A stretch of DNA of 32,317 bases, taken from NCBI RefSeq assembly GCF_006345805.1, contig NW_021832826.1, positions 1 through 32,317 on the forward strand. The letters are read 5' to 3'. Below the pieces are notes generated by a model. That model was not told the DNA's origin. It was given only the letters and a program-made list of their open reading frames with translations, and did not search any database. Of the stretch, positions 10,350-21,844 are shown piece after piece (the stretch's first letter is position 1; the number at the start of each line of letters is the position of its first letter). A program made the position numbers and the translations under genes. The stretch is from Octopus sinensis. Its lineage: Eukaryota.

Positions 10350-10620
10350 TTACGATAGCCATCTTGCTTTCAACAAATGGCTTAACATACACTCCACTTC
10401 AATAGTGAAATTCTTTCCTAAGCCTTTGAACATTCTTAATCAACATACCCTTCCCTTTCCACTGGTTCCTAACCTATCATTCCTTTAACCCTTCTCTTCC
10501 TTCTATCTAACTTAGACGTCAAATCTTCTAACGGTTTTTTTAAAATCACTTATTGTCGTTTTCTTTACCATGTAGGCAGTCATCGGAATTTCTGTTTGTC
10601 TTGTTGCCGAGAGAGGCTCG

Positions 10621-10711
10621 CTTTCTTTCCTGATGAGAAGATTGCATCATGCACCCTTTATTCCTTTGGAATGAAACCATGTGGTCTTCGAAACATACGT
10701 CGAGAGTAAAG
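10621..10711 (+). ncRNA. Type I hammerhead ribozyme with intact core
   Basis: ctttctttc-CTGATGA-gaagatt...ggtcttc-GAAA-catacg-TC-gagagtaaag. Stem I is 9 bp with one bulge and stem II is 7 bp. Predicted cleavage after GUC (10701). Confidence 0.85.
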
Positions 10712-10760
10712 AAATTTTGTTAACATCTTCTTCGACTCCATTCTTTCATTTATTCATATT

Positions 10761-10829
<69 letters not shown>

Positions 10830-11522
10830 TCTGTAGTACATGTATACGAAAGAGAAGCACCATTAATTTCGCACCTACAAAGCGATTAGCAGCAATGCCA
10901 CCTCGTCAGTGTCAAATGGCTGAAGACGCATAACCTCTCTGGAAACTGGAGGAAGAAATACGCAACGGTTACTTGGTTTTGTAAAGAAGAAATAAATTAT
11001 CGATGCTGCGGGCGGGACTGGATTAGCATGATTGTGTTGTCTCCATACATCGGCTTTGCTCTTGACGATATTCGAAGGAACTGTGGTAGGACAATTCAAC
11101 GAATGAAGAATTCCAAGTTTGAAGTAGGAAATGTCTTAGATGAGGGCATTGACTAAATATTTCTTTCTGGATCTTTTCCTACTTCAAATTTGGAACATTG
11201 GGTTAAAAACGATTTTCGATACAAAAATTCTAACGTTTATCGTGGGACACCGACCCAGTTCTGTAGACATAAAACTCAACCTTCGTCTATTTAAAGTTTC
11301 AATATTCCAAACAAAATATATGTGGACGCAAGTAAGGCTGTGTGGATAAGGATTTTGTAACTGTTATTTTGAATTTGTTCCCAGAGCGTGGAGCTTTTGG
11401 TAATTCTTTCCCTATAGTTACCAACCAGCCAGCCAGCCAGCAAGACAGCTAGCAAACGACTAACAAGCTAGTGGACAAACATCCACCCACCTAGCCAGCA
11501 ACCTATGAATTGTTATTTATAT

Positions 11523-11737
11523 ATGGCCCAGTGGTTAGGGCAGCGGACTTGCGGTCGGAGGATCGCGGTTTCGATTCCCAGACCGGGCGTTGTGTGTGTT
11601 TATTGAGCGAAAACACCTAAAAGCTCCACGAGGCTCCGGCAGGGGGTGGTGGTGATCCCTGCTGTACTCTTTCACCACTCTAAAGGCGGTGCTCCAGCAT
11701 GGCTGCAGTCAAATGACTGAAACAAGTACAAAAAAAA
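11523..11737 (+). mobile_element. tRNA-derived SINE
   Basis: A-box TGGCCCAGTGG, B-box GGTTTCGATTCC, tail ctccagcatggctgcagtcaaatgactgaaacaagt and a terminal A-run. Confidence 0.9.
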
Positions 11738-11807
11738 TGTATACATATATATCTATGCATGAATATATATACATATATGTATACATATATATATACATAT
11801 ATATACT

Positions 11808-11862
<55 letters not shown>

Positions 11863-11921
11863 TATATATATACATATATATACAATATATTTATATGCAT
11901 ATATATATATACATATATATA

Positions 11922-13260
11922 CAAACATAATTGCCCGGCGATGCTCGGGGCTGAATTGCTTGAAAGTACTGTTAATGATTGCACTGGATTATGATGATTA
12001 TTCAGGGAAATATTGATATAAGTTTACGGTAGGAGATAAGGACTTAACGATCAAACGTGTACTATTGCATTGTTTTGGGGGAACCAAATTTCTGATGAGC
12101 ATTATAGGGGCACCAACTTTAAGTTTAAGAATGTGTGGTGGTAGTCCGGGGTGCTCAAAGGAATTGAGTACCTCTATTGGATAGTTGATGACGTCCTCTG
12201 GGTCAGGAGTTGTATCGATAGACTGATATACATAGACTTCCCAGGAATGAGTTTTAGCACTTCATCATTAATATGGTGAACAGTTTTATTCCTCGGGGCC
12301 AGAATAGCCCTTTGGCCAATCCAATCCATATTCTGATAATTAGCTTGTAGATCTGGGAACACTGCATCTCTGAGATCAGAAGGCGTTTTAACAATGGTAC
12401 AAATGGAATCGATGGCAATATTACCATTTTCATCCCCTGGTATTTTGCCTTCGCCAAGTGCAAGGAGGGTGTGAGGAAATGCTGCTGATGTGATATTACG
12501 TCGCATATGAGCACACATATTGGTGTGAAGTTTGAGAGTCTTCACCTGTGGCCACAATGTGGATGACTTAAGACACGCACTTACTGCATCAGCTGTAGTC
12601 CCTTTGGGAATGACGGGAAGTGTTTGTCGGAAGTCCCCTGAAAGAAAAAGTGTTATGCCTCCCATGGGAGGTGAAGAGTGTTTGATGTCTGTGAGAGATC
12701 TATCTAGTGCCTCAAGGGCATGTATGTGGGCCATCGTTCATTCATCACAAACGATAAGCTTGCATCGTCTGAAGATTTCTGCCTGATCGGAGCTGTTACC
12801 GATGTTGCAAGTTGGTGTCTCAGTCTTCGCTAAGTCAAGCGGAAGCTTGAAAGTGGAGTGAGCTGTCCTGCCGCCTGGCAACAAAGTAGCCGCAATTCCA
12901 GATGATTCCACAGCTAGGGCAATGCCTTGTGTTTGCCTAATCTCAGCCAATATTAATTTGTTGACAAAAGTTTTCCCAGTGCCCCAGGAGCGTCCAGGAA
13001 AAAATCCTCCCAGTTTTGGCCTGGACTGAATTAACAACGGAGTTGTAAGCGAACTTGTGTTCTGGAAGAGCTTTGGCTCATTGTCGGCTATGTACTCGGC
13101 AAGCTCATCAACATTAAAACATGTCTCACACAGCAAATGTGAAGGCAGAGTGTTTGTGCCTTCCCGGTTTGTTGAAGGTAGGCCATAGACCGGCAAGGCA
13201 CTACCGCCCATATCAAGTACAGTATCTTCGAACGTAGTTTGTTACCACACAGCCACACCT
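11922..13260 (-). mobile_element. Helitron relic (3' end plus helicase region)
   Basis: 3' hairpin cccgagcatcgccggg at 11934-11949 and a degenerate terminus, followed by helicase remnants. Confidence 0.85.
12030..13250 (-). pseudogene. Helitron Rep/Hel PIF1-like SF1 helicase fragment
   Basis: FLDAP-GGTGKT Walker A (frameshifted), ESSGIAATLLPGGRTAHSTFKLP, CDE*TMAH (Walker B followed by a stop), GDFRQTLPV, ILAPRN and [21 protein letters not shown]. The C-terminal motifs are deleted. Confidence 0.92.
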
Positions 13261-13357
13261 GCCCCTATGTATGTGTGTGTGTGCGTGTGTGTGTATGGGT
13301 GGATATATTATGCATGTATATATGTGTATATATATATGTGTACATATTACATGTACA

Positions 13358-13397
<40 letters not shown>

Positions 13398-14005
13398 TAC
13401 ACATAAAATACAAAATACAAAGTTATATCTTGATATCGCTAGTGATAATACTCAAAATATATAACAGACTGGAATTGTAGGCCCGTCTCTTGCAATTTCG
13501 ATCAATTGGATCTTGTATAGAAGTATACGGCTGCAGCGAAATTCATTTTTCGACTTTCTTCTATGGAAGGCATTTTAACAAAAATGCTTCCGTAAAGACG
13601 GTGAAAATATTGTCAATTTCCCCAAACAGGGACACAATTCAATTTTGAAACAATAACCAAAGCCCCTTCTCCGAAAGGGGGAGGGGTACGGTTTACAATT
13701 ATTTAACAAATGCAACATAACAACGTTTCCTTGGCGAGGAACCAACAAACGTGATTACAATAGTCAAACAGTAATAATAACAACAAAACTGTTTAATTCA
13801 TCCCCATTTATGTGAAACCACTTATTCAAGTTCAAGTCATTGATGTAATTGTTTACGAATTGCTAATACACACACACATAATAAGGGTGAAAAATTGAAT
13901 ATTAATTTGATTAATATGAATTGATAACCAGTGGTGTAGCATATAAGACCATACCGGATCTAGCAAAAAGGATAACCAGTATGAATGGCTCATCCCTGTC
14001 ACACA

Positions 14006-14057
<52 letters not shown>

Positions 14058-14160
14058 CACACACACGTTAGCTTACAATTTTCTTTCAACAATTGACACT
14101 GCCATGTAAGTATATGTTTGCGTGTCTATGTGTGTAAAGAGGAAGTGGGAGTAATAGGCA

Positions 14161-14700
14161 GAGTAAAGCCTTTGAAGTGAAAGAGGGAAATCGTAAAATA
14201 TTGATTTTTCTCGAAATTTTGCTTAATTGGGGGTCAAATTGAAAGTAATGTGTATGCCATGACCGAATGGAAAGTACTTGGAAAAATCATAGGTAAACTC
14301 TAATTGAAGAAATTGTGTGAGGGTAAATCGTTATGTATCTATTTGTTTCTGTTTGCTGTGTATTTGTTTTGAGTAATGGTTTAAGGTACACTTGCAAAGA
14401 GAAAGTAGGAGAAATTAGGGTGATAGCATGAGTGAAGCAGTTGATCCCTGTTATATAAATACTTTCACTTTAATTGTTGCACACTTGCAAAGAGAAAGTA
14501 GCAGAAAGTGTTTTGGTAATGGTAGGAGTGAAGCACTTGAAATGAAAATGGGAAATCGTAAAATATTGAGTTTTCTCGAATTTTTGCTTAATTAGGGGTG
14601 AAATTGAAAAAAATTTATATGCCACGATCCGATGGAATCTACTTGTAAAAATGATAGATAAATTCCAATTGAACAAATTCTATATTGTAGAATTGTATAA
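14161..14700. repeat. Diverged direct repeat pair (~14161-14330 and ~14526-14700), with a shorter repeat at 14388 and 14480
   Basis: The blocks gggaaatcgtaaaatattga.ttttctcgaa.ttttgcttaatt.gggg and acacttgcaaagagaaagtag each occur twice. Family unknown. Confidence 0.7.
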
Positions 14701-14960
14701 AAAACGAACGGTTTGGGAGGCAGAGAAAATCTGCCTTTTATCATAAGAGATATATTTATATACATCAATACACACACACACACACACACCCATATATATA
14801 TATATATATTATATTATATATATATATATGTGGGGGTGTATATATATATATATATATATAAAGATGTATATATATACATATATACATATATATATATATA
14901 TAAAGATGTATATATATACATATATACATATATATATACATACATATATACATATATATA

Positions 14961-14991
<31 letters not shown>

Positions 14992-15008
14992 TTATATTTA
15001 TATGATAT

Positions 15009-15059
<51 letters not shown>

Positions 15060-15409
15060 TTTACATATATATACATATATATAGAATCGAACACACTCAA
15101 AACTTTGATGTTTGTTTATGAAAAATGCTTCCAAATTCCAAACGTTATAATTTAACTCTGTGAAAGGCACCGTTTAGTGTCAGTGATCATTTAGCTCAAT
15201 AGTACTGACTGCTCATGTAGAATTTGAATTGTGCAGAGTTTGAGTCTGCTTAATTGCTCCTTTTATCTCGTCTTGAAAGGGTATTTTCACTCAACCTTCT
15301 AACCTTTTCACTGCTATTCTCCAGATTTCGAATCTCCTAAATGTCTAATGTTTGTGTGTGTGTGTATTTGTATATGTATACTTCTGAACCAGCTTCAATT
15401 TATTTTATG

Positions 15410-16324
15410 TACGAAATGCATCCAAAATGTATGATTTTTTCGCCAAAATTTATGCTGCGTGAGCAAAATACTTTAGATGGGATGTGACGCCATCCTTCCT
15501 GCATATGCGTAAAGCTTTCCTCGCTAATATGCCGCGCCAGCCTGACGCCTTGGTATACTACGCCGGTATGACGCAACAGTGTACCACGCCGGTAGGCTGC
15601 ACCAGTGTCCGGGTGTTACGAGTACATCGAACAGAGATATTGCATTTAGTTTCGAAGAAGGCTGAGTGTTACTCAACCTGACACCAACGAGAAGATTCGG
15701 CAGGCTCTTATTAATGATGCCATGGGAAAAAGGTAGAACAAAGAGTGGTACAACTGCTTCAAACATGGCCGAACCTCAGTGGCGAGTGAAGCACGCTGAG
15801 GCAGGCCATAAAGAAGGCGAAACGAGGAGCTGATTGAGAAGCTTCGGTAATTAGTCATCGAAGATCGTAATGTAACAATCCAGGGAATTATTCACGAAGT
15901 TGAAATAAGCAGAGGATCAGTGTATTATATTTTAACGGAGGATTTGTGCATGCAGAGAATATCAGCGAAACCATAAATTCAGATACATTTTGAATGCACT
16001 TCGTAATCCAAGCTTTCATGATCAATAGTAACAGACCCCTTTTTTGATAGGCTCCCAAATCTCCCCACATGGCGCCATGTGACGTCTGACTCTTTCCAAA
16101 AGTAAAAACGACGCTGAAAGAGAAGCGATCCGAGTGGAGAGAGGACAGCAGAGCTGCATAACACTCTCAAGAAGGTGTTCCAGAAATGATAGAAACAATG
16201 ACAAAACTTGTGAGTGAAATCCCAAGAGGAGTATTTTGAAGAAGATTAAATAAAATTTATGAAATGTACAAAGGTTGGATACTTTTGTACCCAAATATTG
16301 GACGCCTTTTGAATACACCTCGTA
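15410..16324 (+). mobile_element. Mariner transposon relic, internally deleted
   Basis: TIR-like ends tacgaaatgcatccaaaa and (RC) tacgaggtgtattcaaaa. HTH remnant EWYNCFKHGRTSVASEAR*GRP...ILTEDLCMQRISAK. C-terminal SPHMAPCD (YSPDLAPSD-like). Multiple stop codons. Confidence 0.85.
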
Positions 16325-16611
16325 TTTCCGAACATGGATGAAACTATATCAAACCAACCTTCATGTAGTTTGAACACTGACGTTGCAATGACAAAACACA
16401 ATACTCAGAAATATTCATGGTGCCACATTAAAATTAAAGCCAAAACATTGCTATTTATTGTCAACTGAATTAAACAACTGTGAATTTGATGATATCATTT
16501 TTTATGATTTTTGTCTGATGAAATGTGTTTATGATTTTAGTCTGATGGCATCCATTCATGTGTTTACAAAGACTTTTCGTTTTCCAATAAAGAAAGAATT
16601 GTTGTACATAC

Positions 16612-16683
16612 ATGTAAGAAATACTGGGAAGGAATAAGAACGCGCCATCCTCATAGTTTTGTATTTGGTTGTTGCTCAAATAT
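16612..16683 (-). CDS. LRR exon cassette, 72 nt, phase 2-2 (YLSNNQIQNYEDGAFLFLPSISY-I)
   Basis: ttctttttccag| acceptor and |gtatgt donor. 1+69+2 nt, open, fitting xLxxNxIxxxxxxxFxxLxxLxxL. Confidence 0.9.
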
Positions 16684-17017
16684 CTGGAAAAAAGAAATAA
16701 GTATTCTATAAGTTAGAATATGTACAATTAATAAGTCTGTTTTCTACTGTTAATATACTGTCTAAATTAACCAAATAAAAGCTCATATTTACTGCAAAGA
16801 TGTTTATTTCTCTATGAGTTTTCTGCCTATAGTTTGGACAAGAGCAGTTTCCATTAATCTCACTTAGATATCCTGAGGGTAGAGAAGGTTTCTGTGATAA
16901 CCGATTAACAAAAGATGGACGAAAATAAGCTATAAGAATAACAAGACATCGAGACATTGTTTTGTGCACGATGTTGGTTTTACATCACATTCTCACCGAA
17001 TGTACAAATATTATATA

Positions 17018-17450
17018 CTAGCAGCATAGCCCGGCGTTGCCCGGGTATGTAAGAGCCCCTAGCAGGCAACGACTAATCCCAATTTAATCCTTTCCCTCTA
17101 GGGAACGAAGGCGCATGTGTAGGTTGCAATGTCTTCTCTTCACTCGAATACTTCTGTGTATACGATGTTCCTAGCTGTCCTTTGGGCGATAAAAAGGTCG
17201 AGTTGCGTCCCCTAGACAGAAAATGTGTTGCATATAAAAAGCTTAGATTCTCGACCCCATGTCGAATTTATCGATTTTTTTCAGAATTGGGGGAACTTTT
17301 CAAAATTTTCACTGCGTTAGATTTGAATTATGATATTGGGCTATGTGTGTGTCAAGTTTCATCAGAATCGGTTGAAAGCCGTGGTCAGAGTGAGGGTACA
17401 ACCTGACAGACACACAGACACACAGACAGACAAACTGCCGTTTATATAGA
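17018..17450 (-). mobile_element. Non-autonomous Helitron (~430 bp)
   Basis: The minus strand starts TC(tatataaacggcag) and ends with the hairpin cccgggcaacgccggg, then CTAG followed by T. It has an internal (GACA/CA)n tract. Confidence 0.8.
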
Positions 17451-17605
17451 GAGCAATATAATGACGACATTGCAAAAATTAATCATGAATAATTAAAACA
17501 CTTATCTTAACACCAATTCTTAACTTTAAGAAACATATTCAAAATATAAGTAGGAATTAATGTTTGTCTCTAAACTGTTTTGTAAAACATATATATCTTT
17601 CATAA

Positions 17606-18807
17606 TAGGTCGTCAAGTATGAAAATTATAAAAAACCAATGTTTTTTTAAATACAAGGAATAGTTTTATTCTTCAATATATGCACCCATATTTTCAATAC
17701 ACTTTTGCCATTTCAGCGGTAGCCTGTGTACCCCGGAACTGTAAAAGCCTGGCAGTCTAGAGAGAATAAATTCCTGGAAGGCTTGTTTTACAGCATCATC
17801 GGAATTAATTGTTTTCCTAACAAAAAGTTAGTGAAATTCTGAAAGATGTGGTAGTCAGTGGGGGCAATATCGGGTGAGTATGGTAGATGGAGAGCTTCCA
17901 ACTCGAAACCCTGTAGTTTCGCCAAAGTTATTTTTTCGATGTGTGATCCGGCGATGTCTTGCAGTAAAATAGGATTGATCTGTTGACTAATCTAGGTTGT
18001 TTTTTGTACTTTTCTGCATCATTTGTTCCAGTTGGCTGCAGTGTACTTCGGCTGAGATTAATGAGCCAGGGGTAATGAAATCATAACGGATCACACCTGG
18101 ACCAGACCACCAAACACACACCAACAGCTTCTTTTCCGTTTTGAACTGTGTTTTGGTGGCTCGTCTTGGTCCAGTCATTGTGGTTAACCTCTACAGTTGA
18201 GGCATTTGATCGATTTCTCATCACGTTACAATCTTTTGTAAAATAATTCTTTTTTGCGATGAGAAACTAGCATAATGTAGGCATCCAAACGTTGCTATTT
18301 CTGATTTTTATTGAATACATGTCGAAGCCACTTATCCAACGTTTTCACTTTACCGATTTGAACTAGGTGAGTCAATATTGTTTGCTAACACAAAACAACA
18401 ACAATAATTCACAGGCACTTTGAGATGGATCAGACTCGACGGTTGCTTTCAGTTCGAAAATATCCAACTTTGTTTCTGGTCGACCGCATTGCTCATTTGT
18501 AATATCAAATTTACCAGAACTAGATTTTGCAAACCAATTTGATACTGTTTGCTGTGTAATAACATTAGAATGAAATTCTCCATTAATATTCTGAGCTGTC
18601 AGTGATGCTGTATTTCCAAGAGAGAACTCATATTTCAAAACTGTACAAATTTCTTCTCCTGTTTTGAAACATGATACATTTACTGAATCCGGATGCCAGC
18701 ATACTAAAAAAGTACTTTCAAATTAAAGTCTAGTTATACAATACACAGTACTGCTATTGGTCAAAAATGGTCAAAAACTTTGTGGCATTCGGTTAATGAC
18801 AAAACTA
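17606..18807 (-). mobile_element. Mariner (D,D34D) transposon relic
   Basis: N-terminal MKYEFSLGNTAS...TVSNWFAKSSSGKFD...GRP, then KLLVCVWW, ILLQDIAGSH and PYSPDIAPTDYHIF. Frameshifts and stops present; the ends are approximate. Confidence 0.9.
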
Positions 18808-19029
18808 AGCATCATTTAGAACTAACTAATGTCCACATTGTTTCATTAACAGGTGTTCTTCCAAAACTCTTAAAGTAATAATGAAGCTTCTACCCTAGCA
18901 ATCATGATATAATATATATTTGGTCACGCCCACAATGTTCTGAGTGCAAGGAAAATCTGTTAATATTACAAATCTACGCACATTGAAACACTTCACAACA
19001 AATTAAAATCATTAACATGTTAATTGCAG

Positions 19030-19690
19030 ACTGGTTAAATATGGCTGATGTTGGAATACTGATGTCCAGATATCATCCATATTTGAAAAGTTCACCTGTT
19101 GTTTCAGTACCCAGTCACATTGCAGTAGCTGCTGAGTAAGACAACTCCTTCCTGGACAGAAGCCATTCTGTGTGTTAGTGAATAGGTTTTGTTCTCGAAA
19201 TGTAATCAACTACTTTCCGACAACGAGTCTCATAACTTGCATAATATGTGAGATCAGAGAATTATACCTGTAATATTTAGAGTTTTCTCTACTTCCTTCT
19301 TAATCAATATAACCTCTTCTAACACTTTGGAATGTTTGCCCACATGTACGGAAGCTCTGGAAACGTATCTGCAGTAGTTCTGGAAGGGCTTTCTTGCAAA
19401 TCTTTAAAAGCATTCCTAGAAAACCATTAGAGCCGTGACTAAGTTCACATCGAAATAACAGATGTTTTCTTTCTTTTCTGTAGGAACTTATCAAGCTTGC
19501 TTATTTGCATATTTTCTAATGAGGAATTGAAAGCATTTGCGAATTGTTAATTGAGTATTTCGCTTATCCTCCTGGCCATAGGCTGTAGCGCACTAAGGTA
19601 AATACTTTTGAAATCTGTAGAAGTCACTAGTGTTCGTTTTTATATTTTCATCTGATTTGGTTTCGCTTTTTCGCAGCTTCTTTTAACCAG
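19030..19690 (-). mobile_element. CR1-like LINE reverse transcriptase fragment
   Basis: GFLGMLLKICKKAL, GSRENSKYYR, QNGFCPGRSCLTQQL. Heavily decayed. Confidence 0.75.
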
Positions 19691-20155
19691 AGAATCTGAT
19701 GGTGGTGTTGGTGAAGGGGAGGAAGAGGAGGAGTGGTGGTGCCAGACGTCGTCGTCGTACATAGTTTTGAGTCTTAAGACAGGAAGAATGTGGTAGTGTT
19801 GAAGAAAAGGTTGCTGGTGCTGATTGTGATAATGATTCTAATGAGGATAATTATGAAGATAATGATGATGATTTTCATGTTGACGTTCGTGCTAGTGTAG
19901 TTTCTAATGATGATGATGGAGAATAGGTTAAGATTTGATACATTCACACGCACTCGCACATATACTTAGACATAAATATATAACATATGTAACAGCAAAA
20001 CTGCCATGCACAAACACTCTTGAAAAATTTTAAACTAACACAGTTTTTGATTTTTGTTAGTTGTTTTGGACATAAGACGACTGGACATACTGACACACGT
20101 TTTTATAAGAATTAGTGAAATACTATTTGAGATATTTAGCTAGAAAGGTAACAGG

Positions 20156-20590
20156 ATGAAATCGTTTTGTGTCAGCCACACCCGACTGAGCAAGTTTGAG
20201 AGGGTTAAGATCATTCAGTCCTTCAGTAATGGTAGCGAAATTCATTCTCTAGATTCCATCTTCAATGCCCATTCAATAATTATCAAGACAATTGTGTGTA
20301 CGTTTGAGAATGATGGAATAGTGGAGAGGAAAGCTACATAAAGAGGTCATAACCTCAAGAAGGATCATTTCAATCTGGAGCTGAAGAGATCGATCAGAAG
20401 AGATTCAAATCAATCCATAAGGTTATTGGCATCTGGTGACAGAAGACGTGAAAACAAAATTGCATATGAAACTTGTGAGGAGTCTTGATACTCCAGGACA
20501 AAAGTTTAGAAGATTGGAGAGGGCGAAGTTCATCTGCGACAAAGAGAAACACAACCTTCTAGAGATATTTCACATAGATGAGAAGATATT
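20156..20590 (+). mobile_element. Tc1/maT(DD37D)-like transposase N-terminal fragment
   Basis: LSKFERVKIIQ..., IRRDSNQSIRLLA, QKFRRLERAK and IFHIDEKIF (first catalytic Asp, xDEKxF). Truncated at the tandem-duplication boundary. Confidence 0.55.
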
Positions 20591-21161
20591 CAGCCAAGAT
20601 ATGCACAGAAACAGACGCGACAGCTGAGTTCTGGCTTCAGCTCACGAGAAAGCCAAAGTGTCATTTTAGGCGCAAAAACCTGACTAAGTGATACTTTTCA
20701 ACTGAATGATCTCTGATGGTAAGAGAATGTTCCTTGTCACACATGTGTAGTGAGACAAATGTTTCGCATGGATGAGTTTGCGAAAAGGTTTTAGGATAAG
20801 GACACTTGGCCTCATTCATCACCTGGCATGATCTGATCATTAAATAAGCTCGTGAGTAGCCCCACACTTACCTGGACGTGGGAATAGGACATTGATGAGA
20901 ATTTCCATAAGTAATCTTGTGGTAAGGCATGAAAAAGGTTGATAAAGTCTTTGGCAAACAAGGAGTAACTCATGATGCTTAGACAACCAGGTTTTGTGGC
21001 CAGAATTCTTACTCAATCTTTCAAATATCACTTTAAAACCTTCCGTTTGGACTTTATTCCAATGTTTCATGAGCTCCCAATCCTGAGCTATGTTAAAACA
21101 TAGAATTTCATCTTCGCCAATTCATTCATGATTATTCATGAGAGCTTGGAGAGGAACTCAC

Positions 21162-21350
21162 ATTTCGTCTTGCTCAAAATAGGGTCCATTTGTGTTAGAA
21201 AAGCCGCTGATAGTTCTGATACCTTTAAATAATACTGAGACACAACGTTTCGAATTTGTATCTAAAATTTGGACACTTTTTTCTGATATACTCGGTATCT
21301 GTACATCCATACACAAAAACTTATGACGATTAAAAGATAAGCTTAGAAAA
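21162..21350 (-). CDS. Candidate 189-nt phase 2-2 exon (copy 1), product unclear
   Basis: Long pyrimidine tract ending ttctag|, donor AAT|gtgagt. Open as FLSLSFNRHKFLCMDVQIPSISEKSVQILDTNSKRCVSVLFKGIRTISGFSNTNGPYFEQDE. Only weakly LRR-like. Confidence 0.35.
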
Positions 21351-21677
21351 CTAGAATAAAGAAGTAAACAACGAGAAAAAATGATGGAATAAAGTTGAAT
21401 AATGGGATTTTTTTATATTAGGTAAACGGATGTTTAAACAAGAACATGATTACCTATGCATAAGAAGTAAGTAAAAAAGAAGCTCATTCATCCACACACC
21501 TACACTTTCACAAACACGCATTCACACATACACTCAGAGAAAACTATGGAGAGAGTGAACGGGTGTTAGATAGATACACTCTTGAAAGAGAGAGAGAAAA
21601 AAACAAAGTTGGAGAAGATATTAACAATGTAGATATATGGGGAAATAGATGGTACGAACAAAAGCGACACAACTCAC

Positions 21678-21749
21678 AGTTCTTCTAAATTCGGAAGGTT
21701 TTCGAAGGTACCGCGTTGAATATACGTGATATTATTGTCATTCAAATTC
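21678..21749 (-). CDS. LRR exon cassette, 72 nt, phase 2-2 (NLNDNNITYIQRGTFENLPNLEE-L)
   Basis: ttttatgttacag| acceptor and |gtgagt donor. Matches the typical LRR consensus. Confidence 0.92.
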
Positions 21750-21844
21750 CTGTAACATAAAACGGAGTTCATAACAAACATATAGAAAAGATTAGTGACA
21801 AAATGTTAAATATTATGGCGAAAAAAATTAGATATAATTAAGAA

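Larger units (their letters stand above)
9160..10760 (+). mobile_element. RT-less Penelope-like element (GIY-YIG ORF plus 3' hammerhead) inserted in (TA)n
   Basis: Bounded by (TA)n on both sides. Contains one long ORF and a same-strand hammerhead ~270 nt after the stop codon. Confidence 0.75.

Noticed and set aside
11523-11585. tRNA-like sequence
   Set aside because: It is the head of a SINE: it runs directly into the SINE body and tail and has no complete cloverleaf or acceptor stem.
783-15170. Many YIYIYI / VCVCVC / HTHTHT ORFs in the track
   Set aside because: They are translations of (TA)n, (CA)n and (TATG)n microsatellites, which lack stop codons in some frames.
16706-16969. 87-aa minus-strand ORF containing GNCSC next to an LRR exon
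   Set aside because: It lies upstream of an LRR cassette, where an LRRCT would not be expected, and has no phase-2-compatible open splice arrangement.
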